From a virus (Duplodnaviria; Caudoviricetes), in IMG/VR virus record IMGVR_UViG_3300025165_000001, positions 1-61,556 of that record: a stretch of 61,556 nucleotides of DNA; one strand, 5' to 3'. The notes below the pieces were generated by a model. It ran no database searches. It was not told the origin of the DNA and was given only the letters and a program-made list of their open reading frames with translations. Position 1 is the stretch's first letter. Every line of letters begins with the position of its first letter. The position numbers were made by a program, and so were the translations under genes. This document shows, piece by piece, positions 48,694 to 57,230 of the stretch.

Positions 48694-49451
48694 TGGTAAT
48701 TCGCTTTGAGCCAATCCAGTAGATCCCACGGTTTTTCTTGTCCTTGGAAAAAGATGATCTTCGCATTGCCGGGCAACTTTGCCGTCATACGGTTGGCCCG
48801 CAGCCACGGCCAAAAATAAACCCCGTCTTTCATTCCCCAGCCGGCCTCGGTCCTGCCCAGCGCGTAAAGCATCCAGCCCTGGTCGGTGCTTAAAAACCGC
48901 CTGGCGTCTTCGGGCTTGCATTTCCCCCTGATGGCATCAAAGCTCTGCTCGCCGCGAAATTTACTCCATACAGCTTCCCGTGCCCCCGAATTCATCATCC
49001 ACATTGACGACTGATAGCGGGATTTGCGGTCATCGTATTTAATCGGCGCTCGGTAACAGATTAAAAAATCTTCGCTGCGACCGAGTATCGAATCCAAGCT
49101 ACCGGTCACCACGCAGTCCAGATCAACGGAAACAAACCGCTCACCAAATACCGCGCGAGATGCTGCGCTAAACGCCTTGAGCCTCACATAGCACTGTGGG
49201 AACTCTGGCAACCATTCCGGCGAGCGCAGGTCGTGCCAGTCATCCCAAAGCGGAATCGGGGTAATGAGCGGGTCGAATTCTGCATCAATCTGGTCGGTCA
49301 TCACAACAAACCTATGCGCCAGTGTCAGGTTCCGGTGAATCATACGCGCGCATGTATTCACGTGTTCCGGCGTGTACTGAGTCCAACATCGTGCATCGCG
49401 CCATAGCCAAAATACAATCGTTAGAGGGGCTTCCTGAATTCCCACTGACAC
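48690..49451 (-). CDS. Glycosyltransferase-like protein (DxD), paralogue of 49983-50726
   Basis: HRFVVMTD, FVSVDLDCVV, TDQGW, IIFFQGQEKPW. Confidence 0.8.
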   Translation of the reverse strand: MSVGIQEAPLTIVFWLWRDARCWTQYTPEHVNTCARMIHRNLTLAHRFVVMTDQIDAEFDPLITPIPLWDDWHDLRSPEWLPEFPQCYVRLKAFSAASRAVFGERFVSVDLDCVVTGSLDSILGRSEDFLICYRAPIKYDDRKSRYQSSMWMMNSGAREAVWSKFRGEQSFDAIRGKCKPEDARRFLSTDQGWMLYALGRTEAGWGMKDGVYFWPWLRANRMTAKLPGNAKIIFFQGQEKPWDLLDWLKANYQ

Positions 49452-49981
49452 CCCTTTCCAGTGCCGGGTAAATGCCTGGCCTTATCGTTGAAAAATTCCC
49501 GTACCGCCCGGTCTACGCCCTTACCCTGCGCATCGTCGCCCGCGATTAAGCCGCCGGACTTTACCTTTGGCCACCAGGCTGTGATATCGGCGGCAATGCA
49601 GGCGTAGGCGTGGTCGGCATCGATAAAGACAAAATCGAGCGAGTTGTCTTGATAATCCTTGGCCGCCTCCACGGACGGCAGACGAACAACGTTGATCAAA
49701 TGACTTACGGGCGCCGTGTTGGCTAGAAACTCGTCGAACAGTGTGCCCTCAACGATTTCCTTGTGATCCTGCATGTCGGATGATCCCAGCCAAGTATCGA
49801 CGCAATCGAACGTGATCTTCTTACCGCTGTTGGCGATCTCGACGGCCATGAAACACGCCGATCGGCCTTTCCAGCAACCGATCTCGACGAAATAGGCCGG
49901 ATCCGGGGCTTCCTTGACGACTCGCTGGTAGACCAAGCTGAAAGAAAACCAGCCTTTTACGTGTTCAAAGAAATGTTCCAT
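49421..49981 (-). CDS. Class I SAM-dependent methyltransferase (Methyltransf_24-like)
   Basis: VEIGCWKGRS, VDTWLGS, LDFVFIDADHAY, WWPKVKSGGLIAGDD. Confidence 0.88.
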   Translation of the reverse strand: MEHFFEHVKGWFSFSLVYQRVVKEAPDPAYFVEIGCWKGRSACFMAVEIANSGKKITFDCVDTWLGSSDMQDHKEIVEGTLFDEFLANTAPVSHLINVVRLPSVEAAKDYQDNSLDFVFIDADHAYACIAADITAWWPKVKSGGLIAGDDAQGKGVDRAVREFFNDKARHLPGTGKGCQWEFRKPL

Positions 49982-49982
49982 G

Positions 49983-50726
49983 CTACTGATACGCCTCCGC
50001 CACCCAGTTAAATTGTGGTCTCTTCTCGAATCCATCCCAAGCCTTTTCACAGCCCTGAAAAAATATGATCCTGGCATCCGCTGGCGGCCGGTCGGCATAG
50101 AGCGCCGGATCAGCCCTGACGTGTGCTGCCCAGCTATACACGCCGTCCTGTGTGCCCCAAATAGCCTCGCCGGGACCTAGTTTACGGCAAATCCAGGCCT
50201 GGTCGGACCCTACAAAGCCCGCGGCGGCGGCCTCTAACGCGCTTTCCTCGCCTCTAAAATCGTCCCAAACCTGGCGCCTAGCGCCGGCTGTCATCATCCA
50301 CATCGAGCCTTGATAGGGATTCGAATGGCGCATCGAGGGATGTTTGTAGATCACGAATTCTTCCGGTCTGTCAAATAGAGGATCAAGTTGGCCGAGCACA
50401 AGACAGTCCAGGTCGATCGATACGAACCGGTCTCCGATAATCTCCTTGGCCTCAGTGCCGAAAGCTTTCAGCCTCACCCAGCAATGCGGCTTTTTAGCCG
50501 GCCAGGTCGGAATTTTCATGTCGCGGCAGTCCTGCCATAGCTGGACGGGCTTGATAATCGGATCAAACTCGTTCCAGGTTGAGACTGGCTTGTCGGTTAG
50601 GACAACAAAACGATGGGGCATATCCAGATGGCGATGAATCATTTTTGCCCATAGGTTAGCGTGACTGATCCGATACTTGGCCAGACAGGTTTCGCTTTGC
50701 CAAAGCCAACCGAGAACGGTCAGCAT
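49983..50726 (-). CDS. Glycosyltransferase-like protein (DxD)
   Basis: HRFVVLTD, FVSIDLDCLV, GSDQAW, IIFFQG.EK.W. Confidence 0.8.
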   Translation of the reverse strand: MLTVLGWLWQSETCLAKYRISHANLWAKMIHRHLDMPHRFVVLTDKPVSTWNEFDPIIKPVQLWQDCRDMKIPTWPAKKPHCWVRLKAFGTEAKEIIGDRFVSIDLDCLVLGQLDPLFDRPEEFVIYKHPSMRHSNPYQGSMWMMTAGARRQVWDDFRGEESALEAAAAGFVGSDQAWICRKLGPGEAIWGTQDGVYSWAAHVRADPALYADRPPADARIIFFQGCEKAWDGFEKRPQFNWVAEAYQ

Positions 50727-51088
50727 TATCCACCTTCGACGAAAGAGATGACTTTGTTGCCAGTGCTGTTATGGATGCAACTGAATTGGCCGAGCGGTAT
50801 GACGCTATCGAGTAACATCAGACCGCCGGATTGCCCCGCGGCAGGCTGCGGATTGAAAACGTAACCCTCGCCTACCACGGCAGTACGACCTCCGAATTTA
50901 CAGTAGATCGTTGTATCTGAGAGATTGAAGAGCGCTAGATATCGCCTGCTCTCGCGTTTGGACACCACCGTAGTTGACGCAGCGACATTGACATTCGTTT
51001 CTGTCGAATTGGTATCCGCGGCCAACCCGAGAGATTCGGAAATCCCAAGCAAGAGAATCGCAACCGCTATTAAGAAACCTTTCCTCAT
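50726..51088 (-). CDS. Small beta-sandwich virion-type protein with signal peptide
   Basis: AAGGAG RBS; MRKGFLIAVAILLLGISESLGLA|AD; RRYLALFNLSDTTIY. Confidence 0.65.
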   Translation of the reverse strand: MRKGFLIAVAILLLGISESLGLAADTNSTETNVNVAASTTVVSKRESRRYLALFNLSDTTIYCKFGGRTAVVGEGYVFNPQPAAGQSGGLMLLDSVIPLGQFSCIHNSTGNKVISFVEGG

Positions 51089-51099
51089 ATCGATCTCCT

Positions 51100-51917
51100 T
51101 TACCGTCGTCTGCGTCTGCGAAGCCAGGCCGACATTCCACCGACGCCGCCACCGATTATGCCGATCAACCCGCTGTAGCTCCACCCGGCCTGTCGCCGCC
51201 ACGCTTCATCCTTGCTTGCGTTCGGCGTGACGCCGGGACCGAGTAGAAAAAACGGCACACCCACGGCTGCTCGACGTTTCTCTGCTGAATCAATGGCCAT
51301 CAGGGAGCATTCCCTTTTGTCTCAGTATAGGTCGTCCCGTTATCGCTCACGTCTTTTTCCCATAATGCCGCTTCCGCATCGTCCTTAAACTTTTTCTTTG
51401 TTGCGGTCACGTCAACGCCGTTTCGCAAGGCTTGATACATTCGATTTATCTTAGCCGCCAGTGTGGCCGTTGCTGCCGGAACCCCCGTCGGCTCGGCATA
51501 GGTGTCAGTCGCCAAGGCATCCACCACCTCGGCGTTCACCTCGGCTGCTGACAGCGGCGTCTCTTCGTTCACATCCACGATAACATCCGGCGTAGTCGTG
51601 TCGCCGGCTAATCCGATCACATACGCTTTCAACACGTCCGTGGCGTTGAGGCTCACCGCCATCGAGGCAAAGGCTATCGCCGTATCTCCGCTGAGCGCGT
51701 TGAAAGCTGTTCTGGCGAGCACATAGGCCGATCCCGCGCCCGCTCGTTGAACTGTCAGGTAGGCGTAATAAACGCCGTTACCTGCAATCTGATCGAGGAA
51801 AATATTGACGTAGAGCTTTCTGATCCTTGTCGTGTTGGTAAATGTGCTCACCAGCAAAGCCGTGGCAATGTTCTGGTTACTGAGAGTCTCGGTGTCGACC
51901 TGTGTCAGAAAAGCCAT
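51100..51917 (-). CDS. Two putative structural proteins (51100-51300, 51300-51917)
   Basis: Coupled ORFs in the late operon. Confidence 0.55.
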
Positions 51918-51919
51918 TG

Positions 51920-54307
51920 TTAGAACCCTCCGCCGAATGGACTATCAAACGGACCCTCGAAAGGCCCGCCTGGAATCAAGAGTTGATAAGCACCGATATC
52001 GGGAACAACCGGCACAGTGTTGCCTGCGAAGTCGCGAAGTAGGCCGACGTACACTCCCGCTGCGCGAGCTGGCGAAGTGGCCTGGAGATGGAAGTCCGGC
52101 GTGACGGTGGAGACGAAGAGGGGGTCGGCGTTGATTCCGTTGAGTTCTTGACCGTATGTACCTTGCAGAGTCGCGAAACTAGATACGGCATTGTTTTCCC
52201 ACTTGACCAGTGAATCGGCTGGAAGGTTCGGGCCATAATGAAGATTGTAATTCAGTACCGGCGCAGTATCGTGGGTCGCGGACGAGTAGTATGTTTGTCC
52301 GCTGGCTGAGGAATTGCCTGTATAAAAGATGTTGTTTTTTATAATAGCGCCTTCGAGTTTACGATCTGCATCGGTCTCTCGGATGTGATTCACATTGTCC
52401 CGATTGACGTTTCCGATATACATGACGTTGTTTTCGATCAGTGTTCCAGTGGGAACACTTCCCGGCGCTACGTTGCCTATGTAAATAGAGAATCCCGAAC
52501 TGCCCCTAACCCCTGGGTTTGAGAAAATGTTGTAATAAACTTCCGTTCCCGTGCTGGCGTCAGACAGGAAGAAATTGTTGTTCCAATCGTCGTAGACGTA
52601 ATTAAATCGAGCAATATTTCCCGTTTGAGGGGTTGCGCCGCCCGTGTAAAAGCCTATCCCCGAGCCGTAGGACTGATGCGAGGTGCCACTCCCTGAAGCT
52701 GTGTTGTGCTCGATTACTACGTCGGTCGTGACTCCGTACAGAGCTATGTTATATGTGCCGCTGTTGGAGACGGTATTTTCTGAAATTAGCCCCCCAACAA
52801 CAGTGTCATACAGTATCCCGTTGCCCTGCTGGGTCAGACTAAATCCGTTGTCATGAATCGTGTTGTTAAGCACGCTAACATTGGATGAATTACCGATACG
52901 AATGCCATCGAGGGCGTTCCAATTCATCGCGGAATTTTGTATTATGACATTTGCCGCGCCTGTCGATGTAAAAATCCCGTAGTCGTTTGTCTTCGTAATC
53001 TCCAGGGAGTCAAAGATTAGATTGGTCTTTTCGGCGGAGTTTATGCCTCGCCGCTGCGTGTACTCAACACCAGGGCTAGTATAGGCGGTCGCGGGATTAG
53101 AAGTCGCGTAAACATAGAGATTAGACCCGCTCCAAATCCAATCCCCCTGAGAAGCAAGATCGCCAAGTATTGTTTTTTTCGCACCTATAACATCGTCAAT
53201 GGAAACCAGTTGTGATTCCGTCGAGACAGCGGCGTGCCATACATTAGTAACCCCCGCCGCCGAGTATGCGCCTATGGCCGATGTGTCAACCTTGATATCA
53301 TCGAAATACAGCTTAGCCGCATTAGCTAAAACTCCCGCATTGGTACGGATTCCCGTTTGACCTACCCGAAAACTGGAGGCTCTATATGTGGCAGTGTTCA
53401 GAGCAAAATTGCTATTTTGTAGCGACCCATCTACCCACCAGGCCCAGCCCCCTGTGCTGGCGTTGTCGCCTCTGTATTCCAGCTCGACATAGTGCCACGC
53501 ATTTGTACTTAGGGACGCATTTGTGCCGCCGTTGAAGGGCCGTTGATTTTGTGCGCCAATTTGGTCAACAGCCGATGCACCAGCAGTTTGATACAAATAA
53601 ATATTTGCGAGTAGTGTTGTGCTGTAATAAATTTGCAGTATATCGACACCTCGCGCAGTGCCGGTTGTACCTAGAGAAGTTCCAGCGGGTACATAGACGT
53701 AGCATCTAATATAAACATCATAGGGCGAACCAAGGGTGAATGTTTTTATGCCGTAGCCATCCGTTACGACGCCGTTTCCGGTGACGGTGAATCCATAAGC
53801 ACCGTTGTTTTTAGACTCCGTGGTTGCTGCTATGGTGCCACCAGTCTCCACGGTACTGATAAATTGCGTTTCGTCACCAGTCTCAGCATTAACGATTGCC
53901 AACCCCCCAGTCTCAACAACGTCGGCAGTCCAATCTCCCTCACTTGTCTTGTCGATATTAGCGCCGTTGATAATCGGCAGCGCCCCGCTCCCATACGCCC
54001 CGAACGTGACATGATTCCCCGCGCTCCCGCTGGATGGCACGGTGAGCTGCTCGCGCCAAGTATCGCCTTTTTTGAACAAGATTGAGTCGCCAGCGGAGAA
54101 TAATGCAGCGTTGATGTCGGCGATGGTTTTGAAGACGCAATCGCTCCCGGTGGAAGTAGAGAACGTCGTTGGATTGTAGGTGGTAAAATCGCAGGTGGCC
54201 GAGCCGACGTTGGTGTCGGTGACTGCGCTGTCCACATAGTAAGTTGTGGCAAAGGCGGGGGTCAGCCAGAAGAGGATGATGGCGAGAATTAGGGAAAGGC
54301 GTTTCAT
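51920..54307 (-). CDS. Right-handed beta-helix (depolymerase-like) protein with Sec signal peptide
   Basis: MKRLSLILAIILFWLTPAFA|TTYYVDS; GDSILFKKGDTWRE; NN-ladder repeats; DPLFV...DFHLQ..SPA...PDIGAY. Confidence 0.8.
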   Translation of the reverse strand: MKRLSLILAIILFWLTPAFATTYYVDSAVTDTNVGSATCDFTTYNPTTFSTSTGSDCVFKTIADINAALFSAGDSILFKKGDTWREQLTVPSSGSAGNHVTFGAYGSGALPIINGANIDKTSEGDWTADVVETGGLAIVNAETGDETQFISTVETGGTIAATTESKNNGAYGFTVTGNGVVTDGYGIKTFTLGSPYDVYIRCYVYVPAGTSLGTTGTARGVDILQIYYSTTLLANIYLYQTAGASAVDQIGAQNQRPFNGGTNASLSTNAWHYVELEYRGDNASTGGWAWWVDGSLQNSNFALNTATYRASSFRVGQTGIRTNAGVLANAAKLYFDDIKVDTSAIGAYSAAGVTNVWHAAVSTESQLVSIDDVIGAKKTILGDLASQGDWIWSGSNLYVYATSNPATAYTSPGVEYTQRRGINSAEKTNLIFDSLEITKTNDYGIFTSTGAANVIIQNSAMNWNALDGIRIGNSSNVSVLNNTIHDNGFSLTQQGNGILYDTVVGGLISENTVSNSGTYNIALYGVTTDVVIEHNTASGSGTSHQSYGSGIGFYTGGATPQTGNIARFNYVYDDWNNNFFLSDASTGTEVYYNIFSNPGVRGSSGFSIYIGNVAPGSVPTGTLIENNVMYIGNVNRDNVNHIRETDADRKLEGAIIKNNIFYTGNSSASGQTYYSSATHDTAPVLNYNLHYGPNLPADSLVKWENNAVSSFATLQGTYGQELNGINADPLFVSTVTPDFHLQATSPARAAGVYVGLLRDFAGNTVPVVPDIGAYQLLIPGGPFEGPFDSPFGGGF

Positions 54308-54852
54308 TATTTCAGCTTGTGCGTTTCCAAGAAGGCGTCAAAACTCGACTTGACTCTATCGAACTCAGCCTGCTTTGCCGCAATACTCTCGTCGATTTTC
54401 TTTAGCGTGCCGGCAAGGCGGCTTTGGGCGTCGGCAATCGCCTTATCGGCATCCGATACCCGCCTTTTGGAATCTTCCTCGGCAGTCTTGGCGGATTTCT
54501 CCGCCGTCTCGCTGCGCGCGCTCGCTTTGGCGATCGCGGATTTGAGTCCCGTAATCTGCTCGCCGTGCTCACGTTCGATCTCTGATCGCTTTTGCTTGAA
54601 CTCGGCTTCGAGTTTCGCGACTTTAGCGACATGCTCACTCTCGGCTTTTGCCTGAGCTTCTTTCGCTTTCGCGGTAGCCGCAACCGTCGCCGCCTTATCG
54701 CCTTCCATTCTCGATATCTCTCGCCGCATCCGTATGTGGCGCTGTGCAACATCCCCCAGGGAGGCGAAGGCGCGAAATACCTTCGCGAAGCGATCGGCTT
54801 CCCGAAGTGCGTTCTCGACTTCGGCCTCGGTCAATAGCGTTTGCTCTGCCAT
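54307..54852 (-). CDS. Coiled-coil protein
   Basis: Ala/Lys/Glu-rich heptads. Confidence 0.6.
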   Translation of the reverse strand: MAEQTLLTEAEVENALREADRFAKVFRAFASLGDVAQRHIRMRREISRMEGDKAATVAATAKAKEAQAKAESEHVAKVAKLEAEFKQKRSEIEREHGEQITGLKSAIAKASARSETAEKSAKTAEEDSKRRVSDADKAIADAQSRLAGTLKKIDESIAAKQAEFDRVKSSFDAFLETHKLK

Positions 54853-54853
54853 G

Positions 54854-55539
54854 TCAATTCCTCCTGATTAGCATCGAGACGTTGGCCACGCCGGGGCCGA
54901 TCTTTTTCGGCTTGATGCTCTGAAAGGTATCGTTGCAGGATTTAATGCCGGACGACGAAAAAGTTAAAGGAAGCGTGTCCGAATCGTTGAGAAGAAAGAA
55001 ATCCTTGCCGGAGATCGAGCCAAGGATTTCAACTCCATCGGCATCCCCCGTCACTTCGACTGTCGCAAACGTTCCGATCTTATCCCAGGCGGGCGCCTCG
55101 TCGCCGGCTTTGAGACCCTCCCATGAGGCCAGCCACAGATCGACGTTGCCACCGACGTATAACTGTTTGCATTTATAGTTCATGATTATTCCATCACAAG
55201 CGCGACATAGATATCGGCGTCGGTTCCCCCGACAACGACCGGGCGCAGATATCCCACGTTGTCGCGAACGCTATTAACGTCCGCCACGGTAAAGCTCAGA
55301 TCGGCACCATCGAAATCCTTGAGAGTCGCTAGACTGGCGCCAGCCTCGACGTTCCCGCCCTTTATCGTCACAGTCGCACCGCCAAGATCGCCGTAGACGT
55401 GAATGCACTTGTCGTTGAAACCGAGGGCGTTGAGGATATCGCCGCTCTCGCCGTCGGTGAGATGCCAGACGGCTAAGATGGGGGTTTTTGCCGGAGCGAA
55501 ACGCGAAGCGATGTTTGTTTTTGTTACCGTAGTTGCCAT
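54854..55539 (-). CDS. Two small paralogous beta-rich virion proteins (54854-55183, 55186-55539)
   Basis: Shared W..L..G...V.GD..G..I.G...L.D....L.F pattern. Confidence 0.6.
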
Positions 55540-55561
55540 GACCGATTGCACCCTCCCCAAA

Positions 55562-55587
55562 TGGCGGGGCCACTTCCGACCCCGCCA
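55562..55587. terminator. GC-rich hairpin downstream of the decoration genes
   Basis: TGGCGGGG-ccacttccga-CCCCGCCA. Confidence 0.5.
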
Positions 55588-55606
55588 CTATTTTTGAGAA
55601 CGCCGC

Positions 55607-55626
55607 CCTGCCTGTCGGCAGACAGG
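55607..55626. repeat. REP-like palindrome, copy 3
   Basis: CCTGCCTGTCGGCAGACAGG just 3' of a stop codon on the - strand. Confidence 0.75.
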
Positions 55627-55628
55627 TA

Positions 55629-56243
55629 TCAGTCGCGGACAACGAGCATCCAGCCCGACACACGGCCAGCCGTCGCAAAGACCTCCACGCTGTTCGTGAG
55701 AGCCAAGAGTAGATCTGCGGTTGCCACATGGAGCGGACCTGTACCTACTCCTTGAGGAGACGCCTGGAGTGAAGCCAGGGCATTTTCGCCTGCGACATCC
55801 AGGTCTGTAGCGGTCAAGTACCGGTCGACGTCATCCACGGCCAATGGTGTCAATCCATCAGCCTGTATCGTGTACGTGCCGTAGCTCCCCGTGCTCGCCG
55901 CCGTATCTGCGGACAAGGCAGAATGGAACTCCCGGCCCATGACTATCATGTCGCCCTGACGGATCTTCCCGCAAACCAAGATGTCCCCGAGCGCCCCCGC
56001 GGCGAGACTTGCGAAATCCCACTTGAGGACTCTGGCCTTCCCGCCATAGATGTAGGGTGCTACGTGCCTGCCTGCCCTGATTTTCGTCCATTCGTCAGAA
56101 TAGACATTGTTGACGCCGAAATGCCGAGGAGCTCTTAACCAAGCCAAGACGTACTCTACGGGTGTCATCGGTGGTAGCCCGTGCCGCTCAAAACAGTCCG
56201 AATAGATCGCACGTCCGCAGTTTGTTTCAATGATCTTTTTCAT
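55629..56243 (-). CDS. Capsid decoration/cement-like protein, paralogue 2
   Basis: Follows the MCP; highly similar to 56271-56897. Confidence 0.65.
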   Translation of the reverse strand: MKKIIETNCGRAIYSDCFERHGLPPMTPVEYVLAWLRAPRHFGVNNVYSDEWTKIRAGRHVAPYIYGGKARVLKWDFASLAAGALGDILVCGKIRQGDMIVMGREFHSALSADTAASTGSYGTYTIQADGLTPLAVDDVDRYLTATDLDVAGENALASLQASPQGVGTGPLHVATADLLLALTNSVEVFATAGRVSGWMLVVRD

Positions 56244-56270
56244 TTTGCTTTCCTCCTTTCCGCAAACACG

Positions 56271-56897
56271 CTAGTCGCGGACAACGAGCATCCAGCCGCT
56301 AAGTCGCCCCGCGGTGGCAAAGGCTTCACCGGAGTTGACGCACATGAGCAGCAGGTCTGCCGTGGCTACGTGCAAAGGCCCGGTGCCTACGCCTTGGGTA
56401 GACCCTTGCAATGTCGCCAGATCGTTCTGGCCAGCCGATTCGTGGCTTGTCGCTGCGAGATAGCGGTCCACGTCGTTCACGGCGAGGGGGGTTAGCCCAT
56501 CGCTCTGAACGGTGTACGTGCCGTAACTACCCGATGCTGTTCCACCGGCAGAGGTCAACGCGCTGTGAAACTCTCTCCCCATGATCACCATGTCGTCCTT
56601 GTAAATCTTCCCAAGAACGAAAATGTCGGCCACGGTGTTTGCGGCGAGACTTGCGAAATCCCACTTGATAATTCGGGGCTTACCTCCGAACACATACGGA
56701 GCGACCCGGCGCCCCGCGCGAACCTTGGTCCACTCGTCGGAGTAGACGTTGGCTACGCCGAAATGTCGAGGAGCAGCCAGCCACTCAAGGACCGATTGGA
56801 TCGGCCCCATCGGTCGCAAACCGTCTTTCGTGAAAATGTCGGAGTAGTGAATGCCGTGCTTCCGACGTTCCTCATACCATTGTTTATTGAAGTTCAT
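56271..56897 (-). CDS. Capsid decoration/cement-like protein, paralogue 1
   Basis: NVYSDEWTK...GGK...KWDFASLAA...SGWMLVVRD shared with the neighbour. Confidence 0.65.
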   Translation of the reverse strand: MNFNKQWYEERRKHGIHYSDIFTKDGLRPMGPIQSVLEWLAAPRHFGVANVYSDEWTKVRAGRRVAPYVFGGKPRIIKWDFASLAANTVADIFVLGKIYKDDMVIMGREFHSALTSAGGTASGSYGTYTVQSDGLTPLAVNDVDRYLAATSHESAGQNDLATLQGSTQGVGTGPLHVATADLLLMCVNSGEAFATAGRLSGWMLVVRD

Positions 56898-56959
56898 TTT
56901 TTGCCTCTTTCCGGCCCCTGCGCCGCAGGAATGGCCTTTTGAATTGATTTTAGTTGCGA

Positions 56960-57187
56960 TCAGGTAACACGCTTTATCGAAATCTCGTATTCCTGATCAT
57001 CGGCAACGGCACCGTACATGTTTTCCGGTCTTGCGCTAAAAGTAAGCACGACCTCTGTTGCCGCGAGATGGCTCGGTTTCGCTTCTGCCCAAGCACCGGT
57101 TGTCGGAACTAAAGTGACCGAGGTCGCGTCTACGGCGCTCTTCTTGAAGCGTTGAATTACTAGACCCTCACTGCCCGTTACTGCCAT
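56960..57187 (-). CDS. Small protein downstream of the MCP
   Basis: AAGGAGGTGA RBS. Confidence 0.6.
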   Translation of the reverse strand: MAVTGSEGLVIQRFKKSAVDATSVTLVPTTGAWAEAKPSHLAATEVVLTFSARPENMYGAVADDQEYEISIKRVT

Positions 57188-57230
57188 TTGAAGATCACCT
57201 CCTTAGATTATCCTCTCTAAGTACCTGAAA

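Noticed and set aside
55629-56897. Diversity-generating retroelement TR/VR pair (as in BPP-1)
   Set aside because: No reverse transcriptase in the genome; both copies are full ORFs and differences are not adenine-specific
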